From Planctomycetota bacterium (lineage in GTDB: Bacteria > Planctomycetota > PLA2 > JAEUHO01): a DNA stretch of 64,000 nt. Shown here in pieces: positions 1 through 10,087 of this stretch (positions are counted from its first letter, which is position 1; each line of letters starts with the position of its first letter). Made by a program: the position numbers and the translations under genes. Where the stretch lies: NCBI GenBank assembly GCA_965222115.1, contig CBDCTJ010000001.1, positions 544,001 through 608,000 of the forward strand. Direction: 5' to 3'. The notes below the pieces were generated by a model. It saw only the letters and a program-made list of their open reading frames with translations, did not search any database and had not been told where the DNA came from.

Positions 1-1644
1 GGCGTTCTCGTAACCCCCAATGGGTATGTGCTTTCGGATGGTGACGCCGGACTCGTCTGGACCGGATCAGGAAAAAACGCGTCCAAGTCATGGCAAAGCG
101 TCATTCGCGTGCGAGTTCCCAACACGACGGGATCCGGATACAACGACTACACAGCCGACGTGCTCTTTCGCGACGGCAAGGTGGACACAAGCCTTGCGCG
201 CATTCGAGATGCACGTAGCGATTTTCCGTATGTCACGCCCGGGCATAGCGCGCGTGTCAACGTGGGCACCTTTGCCTTCGCACTTGGCAACAATGACGAC
301 GTGCATGGAAGTGAGTTACCGTCCCTTACAGTTGGCGTTGTTGCGGGGATGGACCCCACCCAAGGCGATCCGGTCGCCGGACCGCACGAATTCCTCTACA
401 CAACCGCGGCAGTCAACGCAGGAGTGAATGGCGGGCCACTTATTGACATTCGCGGCCAACTCATCGGCACCATCTCCACGTACGTAGATGCCGACAAGCG
501 CTTTCAATTTCTTGGCAAAGTCATTCCTATGGATCGCATTCGACACGCCATGCGACATGTTCAGGAGGCCAAGCCGCTCTTTCAAACACTTCGCCGCGCG
601 ACCGATCCTGCACCGCAGGGGGGGGCTTTGGAACGTGTCCTCAGCCGTGCCGCCACACGCGCCTACGCCGCTACCGTGAGTATCAAGGCCACGCGCACAC
701 GCAAGGTGTCATCTCGCGTGCCCCTCCACGGCCGAACAATCACCCTTGAGCGATACCACGGACCCTTTACGGGCACCATCGTAGGTACACAGGGGCAGAT
801 CATTACAAGTCTGTACAACCTCACGAACGTAGCGTCCTACGCCGACCCGCTTTGGAAGTCCTCAAGCGCAGATTCGGCCGAAGCGGGTCTTCGTGACATC
901 ACCGGGCTAGAAGTCACCATTCCCACTGGCGAAACGTTGCCGGCGAAACTTGTAAGCCACGACCGGCGCATTGGAGTCGCCCTACTCCAGGCGGACCTGC
1001 GCACGGTTCCAAGTGCAGCAGCGACATTTGCTCGCGCGCGACTGCCCGCAACGCGAGGCGACGGGACGCAACGCGGCTCCTTTTGCGTGTGTGTGGGAAA
1101 TCCGTTTGGCGCCAACCGACACGCTCAACCGCTCACTAGCGTCGGCATTCTTTCGAAATTGCACTCCATGGCAACGGCAGCAGCATGGCGAGGCCAATGG
1201 CAAACCGATGCAGCCGGTCTGGACGCCAATGCAGGGGGTCCCGCCGTCGATATCGATGGCAACATCATTGGGATGACTCACTTGTGGACGCCTGCCAAGC
1301 ACGGACGCAACTCCGGCATTTCGTTTGTGGTGCCTTGGAAGCGCATTGCCGCCGCATTGCCCAAACTGCAAGCGGGCTACACCCCGCGCAAGCCGCTACT
1401 TGGCATTACGTTTGCCGCGCGTGTGGAGCCGTACGTGAGTCAGGTTACGCCGGGTGGCGCTGCCGATCGCGGCGGAATGCAATCCGGTGACGTGGTGCTC
1501 GCCATCGACCACGCACCCACGCCAACCGCACGGGACGCGCTCCAACACATTCTCTTCCGCGCCGCCGGCGATCCGATGTTGCTGCGCGTGCGCCGTGGAA
1601 ATCAGGAGCTCCACATCAATGTCACGCTCGGCGAGAAACCATAG
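1..1644 (+). CDS. HtrA/DegP-like protein with two trypsin-like domains and a C-terminal PDZ domain (probably 5'-partial; catalytic Ser motifs degenerate)
   Basis: ORF 28..1644. Motifs TTAAVNAGVNGGPLIDIRGQLIG and QTDAAGLDANAGGPAVDIDGNIIG resemble HtrA TDAAINxGNSGG. The C-terminus LLGITF...VTPGGAADRGGMQSGDVVLAID is PDZ-like. Confidence 0.8.
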   Translation, partial: GVLVTPNGYVLSDGDAGLVWTGSGKNASKSWQSVIRVRVPNTTGSGYNDYTADVLFRDGKVDTSLARIRDARSDFPYVTPGHSARVNVGTFAFALGNNDDVHGSELPSLTVGVVAGMDPTQGDPVAGPHEFLYTTAAVNAGVNGGPLIDIRGQLIGTISTYVDADKRFQFLGKVIPMDRIRHAMRHVQEAKPLFQTLRRATDPAPQGGALERVLSRAATRAYAATVSIKATRTRKVSSRVPLHGRTITLERYHGPFTGTIVGTQGQIITSLYNLTNVASYADPLWKSSSADSAEAGLRDITGLEVTIPTGETLPAKLVSHDRRIGVALLQADLRTVPSAAATFARARLPATRGDGTQRGSFCVCVGNPFGANRHAQPLTSVGILSKLHSMATAAAWRGQWQTDAAGLDANAGGPAVDIDGNIIGMTHLWTPAKHGRNSGISFVVPWKRIAAALPKLQAGYTPRKPLLGITFAARVEPYVSQVTPGGAADRGGMQSGDVVLAIDHAPTPTARDALQHILFRAAGDPMLLRVRRGNQELHINVTLGEKP

Positions 1645-1673
1645 TCGAGGCTAACGAGCCGGATGTAGAGGTG

Positions 1674-1747
1674 TGGGCCCAGTAGGACTCGAACCTACGG
1701 CCAATCGATTATGAGTCGACTGCTCTAACCAACTGAGCTATGGGCCC
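1674..1747 (-). tRNA. tRNA with CAU anticodon, most likely tRNA-Ile2 (lysidine-modified); CCA not encoded
   Basis: Reverse complement is GGGCCCATAGCTCAGTTGGTTAGAGCAGTCGACTCATAATCGATTGGCCGTAGGTTCGAGTCCTACTGGGCCCA. It has the acceptor stem GGGCCCA/TGGGCCC, a D-arm, anticodon loop CTCATAA and T-loop GGTTCGAGTCC. The paired G1-C72 argues against initiator tRNA. Confidence 0.93.
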
Positions 1748-2254
1748 CCAGGCGTTGCATGCAACATAGGGCCACGCCGCCGCGGCGTCACTAGGAATGG
1801 GCACCGGTCACGCGTCAATTTTCCAGATGGGCGCTCTCTTAGGGCCATGCCGAATCTGAGGCCATGAGGAGGGCGCCAAATCGAGGCATGAAGCGCCCAA
1901 ACGGCTATTAATTGGAGTTGAGCGCGTCTCGACCGAATACTTGTGCAAACGCGATTCTATCCGGTTTCGGTGGTTGACAGGTGTTTTTTGGGCTATAGTG
2001 GGCCTCGGAGTCCGGTAGTTGCTCAATAGCGTAAAACTTTCCTTCTCATTCCACACATTTCCCCTTTTCTCCAGAAAGTTACCTCCGGCTCCATTTTCTA
2101 ATCGTTGGGCAACGAACTAGGCGCATCCGATGGACGTGGTGGCCTCGATGTGCCCTGATTGGCCCGCCCTGAGCGAGCGGCTGCTTGGTTGAGTGAAGGG
2201 GAGTTTCAGAACAGAAAACGAGGCGCGGATATGTCCCGCGCGTAAAACGACACG

Positions 2255-3085
2255 GTGAGTGCCGTTCCTCCCGATTCGCAGGCCAATAAAGACGCCTCAA
2301 CCCATACCAACGTTGATGGTTCTTCCGTAAGCGAGCCGGCGACGGAATACAAGCGTACGCCCTACGGCAACGCACGGAAGGGTTCGAGCATTGTGGCGCG
2401 CAATCTGTGTGCGTCGTATCGACAGGGCGACCTGCGCGTACCCGTTCTTCAAGATGCGGCCTTTGACATTCAGGCGGGGAGCTTCACCGCCATCACCGGG
2501 CAGTCCGGTTCAGGCAAAACGACGTTACTATCGCTACTGGGTGCGTTGGAGCGACCCGACAGCGGGACACTAAACGTATTCGGACATGACTTAACCAACG
2601 CGTCCCGAAGGCAACAGTCCACCTATCGACGCGATCTTGTGGGGTTTGTCTTTCAGTCCTTTCACTTGCTTCCATCGCTCACTGCGCTTGAGAACGTCAT
2701 GGCGGGCTTGGAGCCCCTGCATGTCCGTCACAATGAGCGCGTAGCGCGATCACGCGCGGCCCTTGAAGAAGTCGGTCTCATTGACAAGGCGCAGCGACTG
2801 CCTCACCAGATGTCGGGCGGTGAGCAACAACGGGTTGCGGTTGCCCGCGCCGTCGCCAAGCAACCGACCTTGTTGTTGGCCGACGAACCCACAGGCAACC
2901 TGGACGAAGAGGCCTCCGAGCACGTCATGGCGTGCCTCATGCGCAACGTGCGGCAAGACGATTCCTCGCCCACCTTGATTTTGGTGACACATGATGCGGC
3001 CATCGCTGCACGGGCCGAACGCATCCTGGTTGTGCAGCGGCGCCTTGTACACGATGCGGCGCACGTGGATTTGGCGAGCACCTAA
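2255..3085 (+). CDS. ABC transporter ATP-binding protein (LolD/MacB-like)
   Basis: Walker A GQSGSGKT, Q-loop GFVFQSFHLL, signature MSGGEQQRVAVARA, Walker B LLLADEPTGNLD, H-loop LVTHD. Confidence 0.93.
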   Translation: MSAVPPDSQANKDASTHTNVDGSSVSEPATEYKRTPYGNARKGSSIVARNLCASYRQGDLRVPVLQDAAFDIQAGSFTAITGQSGSGKTTLLSLLGALERPDSGTLNVFGHDLTNASRRQQSTYRRDLVGFVFQSFHLLPSLTALENVMAGLEPLHVRHNERVARSRAALEEVGLIDKAQRLPHQMSGGEQQRVAVARAVAKQPTLLLADEPTGNLDEEASEHVMACLMRNVRQDDSSPTLILVTHDAAIAARAERILVVQRRLVHDAAHVDLAST

Positions 3086-3089
3086 GGCC

Positions 3090-5456
3090 GTGGGCCCACT
3101 TCATCGACAGGCATGGCGAACGCTGTTTCGCATGCGATGGACGGTTGTGGGACTCGCGTTGCTGGTCGCCATCGTCACCGTACTTGCCGCGGGCGGTTCG
3201 CGTACGGCGAGCATGCTTCGGCATTCGCGCACACAGTGGTTGCACGATCTGCGCGCGGCAGATGTTGAGATTCGTTTCGATCCCGTAGCGCGCGGCATCG
3301 CCACGTCCATCGTTGACAGCGACATTGAAGCGATCGACGAACGATTAGTGACCATCGGCGTCATGCGCAAAGGATTGTCGTCACGTTGGACGCCCGCCGC
3401 ATTGCAACTCATCCCCTCGAAGGGTGATCGCCCGCGCGTAAATCGTGTCAAGTTGCTTCGCGGGCGGTGCCCGCGCCCCAATGAAGCCGCCGCGGTGGTG
3501 GATCGCAGCATGTGTGCGGCGCTCGACGTGAATGTGGGATCGACGATCACGGTTCGCGCGTCGGGGATTGAGCGCACGGTGCCCGTCGTGGGCGTAGCCC
3601 TATCGTGCGAGCACCTCATCACGCCGATCCATCCGCAGTATTCAATTCCACTACAAGGCACATTGGCGGTTCTGGCGGTTTCCGAAGCCGCACTGGCCGA
3701 CACCGACATCGATACCTATCGCTCCAACTCGTTGGTTATCCGCGTGCGGGAGGGCGCCGATCCGCGAGCCGTTGCCGAGCGACTCCTGAAGCGCCCCGAA
3801 CTGTCGGCCGGCAACATCCTGGTACGTGAAGAGCAACCGAGCTACGCCGTTTCGCAAATGCTGATTCGCGTGTTCGACATTTATATGCCAGCCATCTCGC
3901 TGATCTTGTTGTTGCTTGCAACGTCCATCTTGGCCTTCACGTTGTCGCGCGTCGTACGACAGCAGCGACGATCACTTGGAACGCAGCGGGCCTTGGGCTA
4001 TTCGGCGACAGCCATTGCGCGTGCCTTTCTTCCCTTTGCGCTTGCACCGGTTTTGGCGGGCCTCGCATTGGGCATCTTGATTCATGGCGCGTGCGCCCGG
4101 CACTTCTATCGCGCCTATGCCGATTGCATGGGCTATGTCCCCCTTCGCGATCCAGGGCTTGGGTGGCCCGTGGCTATACTCTCCGGCGGAGCGATCCTCA
4201 TCGCAATCGTTGCGTGCATGTTTACAGCAATGCGCATGGCGCGAATACCACCGGCGCGCCTGCTTCGAGACGACGCCTCGATTCCAGCGGGTGGAACCGA
4301 AGACACACACTTTGCCCGCGTGCGGCGATGGTTGCGAATGCCCTCGTCCGTCATCATGGGCATCGCGCATGTGGTTCGCTACCGTTGGACGTCCCTGGTG
4401 ACCATCGTTGTACTGGCAGGGGTGCTCACGGTCATACTCGCCTTCTTGCTGGTTCACATTACGCATGTCCGCGAAATCGATGCGGGCGTTGCACGCATGG
4501 GCCTTGACGCCACCGTCCAATTTCAAAATCCCGTAGCGCTCGATGAACTCACGACCCACGTCAACCCGTCGTTACTCACGATCGAACCCCAGATCACACG
4601 TGTGGCGCTTCTCACGGCCAAGGGTCAAGCACGGTTTCGCCGCGTCATTGGTGCTACGGCGGGTGCATGGGTCGCCGGCCTGAAGATGGCGGCGGGACAT
4701 CGCATGACGTCGAGCGATGTCGATGTAATCATGATCGATCATTGGATCGCAAACAAACAGGGATTGCAGGTAGGCGACCATGTGGAGTTAGCAGCGGGGA
4801 AGAACGCACCCGACGTTGCGACGTGCGAAGTGATCGGCATCATGGAAGGCGTGAGTCAGGGATTCGCTGTGGTACCGCTGGACGTCATGCAGTCTCTCTT
4901 TTTCTTGCCCGATCTAATCACCGATGCGCAGGTCGCTTCAACGCTTGAAGATCAAGAACTTCAAAAGCGCCTATGGACACTTCCCGACGTGGAGACCGTG
5001 CACACCATGTCGCAGGCGCGCAATGCAGTCTCAAAGAACTTTGAGGGCGGCGAAAAAATCCTCACGACGGCCTTGCTGTTGTCGTTGATTTTGGCGGCCG
5101 TCTACCTTGCCATCATTGCCCTCTTGGATGCAGCCGAGCGAGGGCAGGATCTCGCCGTACTTCGTGCCATTGGATGGCGCCCTAGATCCATGTTGGCCGT
5201 CTGCGTCACAGAAGTCATGGCGCGCGGTTTGGGTGCCGTTGCGTTGGCCTTGCCGCTGGCGCCGTTACTTGCACGGTGGCTCCTAGGGCGCATCGCCGAG
5301 GCAAATCATTACCATATGGAACTCAATCACCCGTGGTGGTTGAGCCTGGCCGTAGTGGGATTGGGCCTCATTGTCATACCCCTTGGCGCACTGCCCGCAT
5401 TTCGGAGCGTGATGCGCGTTTCTCCGGCCCAAGCGCTGCGCAATCCGACCGAGTAG
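3090..5456 (+). CDS. FtsX/MacB-family ABC transporter permease (duplicated halves)
   Basis: ORF 2991..5456, likely GTG start at 3090 just after the ATPase stop. Two sets of TM + periplasmic + 3TM segments with motifs RRSLGTQRALGYS and LAVLRAIGW. Confidence 0.85.
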   Translation: MGPLHRQAWRTLFRMRWTVVGLALLVAIVTVLAAGGSRTASMLRHSRTQWLHDLRAADVEIRFDPVARGIATSIVDSDIEAIDERLVTIGVMRKGLSSRWTPAALQLIPSKGDRPRVNRVKLLRGRCPRPNEAAAVVDRSMCAALDVNVGSTITVRASGIERTVPVVGVALSCEHLITPIHPQYSIPLQGTLAVLAVSEAALADTDIDTYRSNSLVIRVREGADPRAVAERLLKRPELSAGNILVREEQPSYAVSQMLIRVFDIYMPAISLILLLLATSILAFTLSRVVRQQRRSLGTQRALGYSATAIARAFLPFALAPVLAGLALGILIHGACARHFYRAYADCMGYVPLRDPGLGWPVAILSGGAILIAIVACMFTAMRMARIPPARLLRDDASIPAGGTEDTHFARVRRWLRMPSSVIMGIAHVVRYRWTSLVTIVVLAGVLTVILAFLLVHITHVREIDAGVARMGLDATVQFQNPVALDELTTHVNPSLLTIEPQITRVALLTAKGQARFRRVIGATAGAWVAGLKMAAGHRMTSSDVDVIMIDHWIANKQGLQVGDHVELAAGKNAPDVATCEVIGIMEGVSQGFAVVPLDVMQSLFFLPDLITDAQVASTLEDQELQKRLWTLPDVETVHTMSQARNAVSKNFEGGEKILTTALLLSLILAAVYLAIIALLDAAERGQDLAVLRAIGWRPRSMLAVCVTEVMARGLGAVALALPLAPLLARWLLGRIAEANHYHMELNHPWWLSLAVVGLGLIVIPLGALPAFRSVMRVSPAQALRNPTE

Positions 5457-5540
5457 AAGGTCCTCAGGCGCGCGCGTGATCGGCGCGACGCGCCTATTCG
5501 GCTACCATGCGACCTGCGGTACTGCGAAAGGACGCGATTC

Positions 5541-8312
5541 ATGCACACCTTCACAACGCGCATCGGGGCCCGGTCCACGCTCGCGTTCTGCCTGGCAGCG
5601 ATGTTCTTCGTCGCATTCCCTGCCACGCCGCCGCCGGCCCAATCCAAAGAAGCCGAAACGGTCTACGTCAAGCGTCGAAAACTCGGCAAGTGCATTTGCA
5701 ACACGGGACAAGGGTCGTGGCAGTACCTGCGCTCACCCATGCGTCCGCCAGCCGATCCCGTCCGCTGCGGTCTGCTGCTGTCGGGCGGTGATTGCAAGGC
5801 GCGGCCGCGTCCCAAAGGAACCAGTGGTGTGTGTTGGGCGCACCAAAGCAAAGAGTGTTTCTGGAAGCGTCACGCCTATAGCTGGAAGCTGAGCTGCTCA
5901 ACGTGCCTCGTTGATGAGAAGTGCACGTCCTGTAATAAGATGATCGGCGCACCCAACCCCAAGCTGCTCGCAACCATTCAACGCCAACTCAAGATCGAGG
6001 GCCACTCCAAGAAGTCACCGCTCTACCTGGTGATCTCGCCCCACTTTTACGTCGTGACCGACATTCACAAGAAGCTCAAAGTCAAGGTAGATGGCGGCGC
6101 GCCACGCGTGGCCACCGGTCACGAAGTGGCACACCTCTATGCCCAGCGCTGCGAGTTGGCCTACAACGATTTCGAGCACTGGTTTAAGGGGCAAGTCAGA
6201 CAGCCCGGTCTCATGGGCGTCTACCTTATGCGCCGCAAGTCAAGCGCTGAGAAGTTTGCATCCAAATATCTAGGTGGCGCCAATACGGATATGCTGTACG
6301 GCGGCGGCGACACGAAAGTCGCAGGCGGCTTCTGCGGCAATGGGTTTGTGGGTTCGCTCCAGGAGAGCGGCAACGATGACAGTCTGCATGCGTATTGCCG
6401 GCACATGATTGGTCATATTCTCTTCTCGTGTTGGATACACGTGAAACCCCACGAAAAGAACTGTCCTAAGTGGGCGTTTATCGGTGCTGCGCACTTCCTC
6501 GAGAAGCTCCTGGAACCCCATAAGGACCTCGCACATTACTGCTCCAACGAAACGTCGGCGCCCACGGGCCCGGGCAAGAATTGGATGCGACGCGCGGCGG
6601 CGATGGCGGGCAAACGGATCGATCCCATCGAGACATTCTTTGCGCGAAAATCGCTGGGCGCGTTTTCCCATCGAGACCACATTCGTGCGTGGTCCCTGAT
6701 GGAACTTGGACTCAAAGAGGATCAAGACCGCTGGCTGGCCATGTTGGAACTTCTGCGGTATGGCAATGAAGAGGGCTACGCCTTCCAAGAGGCCTACAAA
6801 CTTTCACCCGATCAAGCCAACCAGCGCTGGGCCGATCGACTACGCGGCAAGCGCAAGTCGTTTGGCGAAGTGAAGAGAGATTCGCGTGAGGATCCCGACG
6901 ACCCCGGTCGTCGTGAGCGACAGCGCGTTGCCATGACCGAAGATCCCGATGAACTCGCGGGGCTCATTCGCGGTGTGCATGCCATTAAAGATGTGCGCCT
7001 CGCTGACGCCGTCATCGAACGGCTCACGCATCCCTCCGATTTGGTTCGGGAAACCATCAACCTGGTCTTGGGCCGCACGACCGACGACGCCGTACTGGCT
7101 TTCTTGGCGGAATCGGGATTGACCCATAGCAAGGGTTTGATCCGAGCCGGTGTTGCGCGCGCATTGGGCGATTTGCGCTACACCTTGGCCACGGATGCGT
7201 TCTTGACCATGCTCGATGATTCATTTTGGCTTGCACGGGCAAACGCTGCACGGGCGCTCGCGATCTTCAAGGAAAAGAAGGCCATTCCCAAGCTGCAAGC
7301 AGCGCTTACGGAGAAGCAGCCCAAGGCGTGGATTGCATTTGCCGACGCGCTTGCAACCTTCAAGACACGCAATAAGGAAGCCACCATCGAAACGGCGAAG
7401 CGATTGAGCCACAAGTCGTGGCAACTTCGCGTAACGGCCTGTCGTGCACTGTCGGCCTACGGCACCGACGACTGCATGGACGCGCTGATCAAGCGCTTCA
7501 AATTGGAGCGAGGTCGCTTGGAAGAAGAAATCTATTCCGCGCTCAAGGCGGTCTCACGAGATGACCTTGGCCGCAAGGCGAGCACATGGAGTGATTGGTG
7601 GGATAAGCAGAAAGAGAAGTACGGGGGCCTGGATCCCAACCCACCGCCCATGGTGAAGGAAGACCCGCGCTACGCCAGCCCCAAGAAGATGCGCGAAGAC
7701 GAGCCACACTACTACGGTCGTCGCATCTACTCGAAGGCCGTAGGCTTCGTGTTTGACACAAGTGGCTCGATGGATAAGAACATCCGAATTCCCAAGGGTG
7801 CGTCTACGAAACTCGGCAACATCCCCGTGTCGGGCAAACGTATGGACGTCGCAAAGGCCGTCCTTGCACAAGCAATTCGTAAACTCCACCCTCAAACGAA
7901 GTTCTACTTGGTGTTTTTCTCATCCGACGTGAGACCGTGGAAAAAGAAACTTGTGGCGGCAGGTTCGGCGGGCAAATCCGCGGCGTCGGCCATCATGAAC
8001 GTGCCTGCAGCGGGCGAAACCAACATTCACGGCGCGCTCAAGGCCGCACTTGGCTTACATGAAAAACCCACATTGGCCGCGCGCCTCGACGACATTCCCG
8101 ATACGGTTTATTTCCTCACCGACGGCGCGCCCACGCGCGGCGAAATCACATCGCCGCCCGAGCTGCTCGGCTGGTTTGAAGATCTCAATCGTTTCGCCAA
8201 GGTAGAAATGCACGTGGTCGCCTTTGGCACCCTGGGCGTGGATCTGCCGTTTTTGCGCTCACTTGCCAACATTGGCGGTGGCGACTTTATTCACGTCCCT
8301 GAAGAACGTTGA
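5541..8312 (+). CDS. Secreted multidomain protein: Cys-rich N-terminus, degenerate zincin-like region, HEAT repeats, C-terminal VWA domain
   Basis: Signal peptide-like N-terminus. HEAT-like repeats (LIRAGVARALG, WLARANAARALA, WQLRVTACRALS). MIDAS motif FVFDTSGSM, plus GETNIHGAL and YFLTDGAPT. Confidence 0.8.
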   Translation: MHTFTTRIGARSTLAFCLAAMFFVAFPATPPPAQSKEAETVYVKRRKLGKCICNTGQGSWQYLRSPMRPPADPVRCGLLLSGGDCKARPRPKGTSGVCWAHQSKECFWKRHAYSWKLSCSTCLVDEKCTSCNKMIGAPNPKLLATIQRQLKIEGHSKKSPLYLVISPHFYVVTDIHKKLKVKVDGGAPRVATGHEVAHLYAQRCELAYNDFEHWFKGQVRQPGLMGVYLMRRKSSAEKFASKYLGGANTDMLYGGGDTKVAGGFCGNGFVGSLQESGNDDSLHAYCRHMIGHILFSCWIHVKPHEKNCPKWAFIGAAHFLEKLLEPHKDLAHYCSNETSAPTGPGKNWMRRAAAMAGKRIDPIETFFARKSLGAFSHRDHIRAWSLMELGLKEDQDRWLAMLELLRYGNEEGYAFQEAYKLSPDQANQRWADRLRGKRKSFGEVKRDSREDPDDPGRRERQRVAMTEDPDELAGLIRGVHAIKDVRLADAVIERLTHPSDLVRETINLVLGRTTDDAVLAFLAESGLTHSKGLIRAGVARALGDLRYTLATDAFLTMLDDSFWLARANAARALAIFKEKKAIPKLQAALTEKQPKAWIAFADALATFKTRNKEATIETAKRLSHKSWQLRVTACRALSAYGTDDCMDALIKRFKLERGRLEEEIYSALKAVSRDDLGRKASTWSDWWDKQKEKYGGLDPNPPPMVKEDPRYASPKKMREDEPHYYGRRIYSKAVGFVFDTSGSMDKNIRIPKGASTKLGNIPVSGKRMDVAKAVLAQAIRKLHPQTKFYLVFFSSDVRPWKKKLVAAGSAGKSAASAIMNVPAAGETNIHGALKAALGLHEKPTLAARLDDIPDTVYFLTDGAPTRGEITSPPELLGWFEDLNRFAKVEMHVVAFGTLGVDLPFLRSLANIGGGDFIHVPEER

Positions 8313-9355
8313 CGCCTTCCACGCCCGACAACCCACCGGACGACGCCATTGAGGCCGAGGATGGCCACGACGTGGTGCTTCCCATCGGTCGCCGCGTTAT
8401 TGGCGAGCATTACCGGCTCATTCGCAAGATTGGCGATGGCGCTTTTGGCATTGTGTACGAAGCCCATCACGCCATTCTCGACCAACGGTTTGCGGTTAAA
8501 GTGCTTCGGCCTGAACTCTGTGCCAATCCAAGGGCCCGGGATCGATTCCTTGACGAAGCCCGTGCGCTGATTCGGTTCTCGCATCGCAACGTTGTCGAAC
8601 TCCGACACGTCGGCGAAGTCGATGACCGCCTCTACATCGTCATGGACTTCGTTCCGGGTATCTCCATCAAACAGTACGTGGCCACGCATGGGCCGTTTTC
8701 AGAACCGGTTGCGCTGAACATCATGGAGCAGGTCCTGGCGGGCCTTGAGGCCGCCCACCGGGCCGGGATCATTCATCGCGATCTCAAGCCGTCCAACCTC
8801 TACCTCATCGCGAAGGCGGATGACGAATTCGACGTGCGCATTCTCGACTTTGGCCTGAGCAAATTGGGTCAAACGCAATCACATCAAGCCATGAATCGAT
8901 CGGTGCCCGGTACGGTCGTGGGTACGCTGGCCTATATGTCGCCCGAACAGTTGCAGGGCGGACGCAACGTGGATCACACGAGCGATATCTTCAGTGCCGG
9001 GCTCGTCTTAATGGAAATGCTGCAAGGGTGCCATCCCTATCCCGATGACAGTGGCATTGTCGTGGCCACCAAGTTCTTACGAGACCCGATTCCTCGCATT
9101 CGACCGCCGTTTAACGAGCTCGTATCGCGCGGCGTGCAGGACGCGATTGGGAAATCGCTTGCGCGCGATCCCCAAGCTCGATTCAGTTCCGCCGCGGCGT
9201 TTTCGTCCGCGCTGCGAACGGATGCACCCCGTACGGATAGGGGCACACGCACGACAAAGCGCTCATCGCAGTGGCTGGCCCTGATTCTTTGGCTGCTCGC
9301 GGCGGGGCTCATTGGACTCGCCGGTGCATGGGCAGCGGGCCTATTGGATCCATGA
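8309..9355 (+). CDS. Hanks-type Ser/Thr protein kinase with C-terminal TM helix
   Basis: IGDGAFGIVY, AVKVL, HRDLKPSN, DFGLSK, GTLAYMSPEQ, SDIFSAG. Confidence 0.93.
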   Translation: MTPSTPDNPPDDAIEAEDGHDVVLPIGRRVIGEHYRLIRKIGDGAFGIVYEAHHAILDQRFAVKVLRPELCANPRARDRFLDEARALIRFSHRNVVELRHVGEVDDRLYIVMDFVPGISIKQYVATHGPFSEPVALNIMEQVLAGLEAAHRAGIIHRDLKPSNLYLIAKADDEFDVRILDFGLSKLGQTQSHQAMNRSVPGTVVGTLAYMSPEQLQGGRNVDHTSDIFSAGLVLMEMLQGCHPYPDDSGIVVATKFLRDPIPRIRPPFNELVSRGVQDAIGKSLARDPQARFSSAAAFSSALRTDAPRTDRGTRTTKRSSQWLALILWLLAAGLIGLAGAWAAGLLDP

Positions 9356-9376
9356 ACGGGCGTGTAGGCTCTGCCT

Positions 9377-10087
9377 GTGGACCAAAAACTCATTAGGCGC
9401 TATGACTCCAAAGATGGTGCCGCCGCCTATCGCAACAAGTATCGACGATCGCTCTCGCGGCGACTCTCGCATCGCCGCGAAGTGACCATTCTGCGACGTG
9501 CGCTACGACGCGCGGGCGCGCGGGGACACCTACTCGACTGCCCCTGCGGCGCAGGGCGCATGACGCCACACCTGCTTGCGTTTGCGGAGCGAGTCACGTG
9601 TGTAGACCTCGCCGGTGCCATGATCACGGAGGCCCGCCACGCATTGGCTTCCACCATGGCAACGTTTCCCGACCGCATTGCGTTTCAATGCGCTTCTGCC
9701 ATGGACCTACCGTTTCCAGACGACACGTTTCATACATCGGTATGTCACCGTTTGATTCACCACCTGCCAAACGCTAAGGATCGGCATGCCGTGCTGAGCG
9801 AACTGGCCCGCGTATCCTCGGACCGTGTGGTGTGTTCGTTTTCCGACGCGACCACACGCAAGGCGCGTAGCCAAGTGCGACGGGGGGTCACGCGCAATCG
9901 TTACGCGCTCGATCCCAGTGAACTCAAGACGCAAGCGAAGGCCTGTGGCCTCACGATGGTGGGCGCACCCCTGCGCCTCAATACGTTCACGAGTCTGGTG
10001 GCGATTGCCGTGTTTGCTGTGGACAGCGGGGTCCCAGTGGCAACGCGGCACCATGCGCCACACCATGAAGGAGACGTGGTGGATTGA
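9377..10087 (+). CDS. Class I SAM-dependent methyltransferase
   Basis: Motif I LLDCPCGAGR, then VDLAGAM, LPFPDDTF and LSELARVS. Confidence 0.85.
   Translation: MDQKLIRRYDSKDGAAAYRNKYRRSLSRRLSHRREVTILRRALRRAGARGHLLDCPCGAGRMTPHLLAFAERVTCVDLAGAMITEARHALASTMATFPDRIAFQCASAMDLPFPDDTFHTSVCHRLIHHLPNAKDRHAVLSELARVSSDRVVCSFSDATTRKARSQVRRGVTRNRYALDPSELKTQAKACGLTMVGAPLRLNTFTSLVAIAVFAVDSGVPVATRHHAPHHEGDVVD

Noticed and set aside
1674-1747. tRNA as an integration site
   Set aside because: No integrase nearby, and no duplicated tRNA 3' end noticed in the window.
1974-1999. Sigma70 promoter TTGACA...TATAGT
   Set aside because: The spacer is only 14 nt, too short for a confident call.
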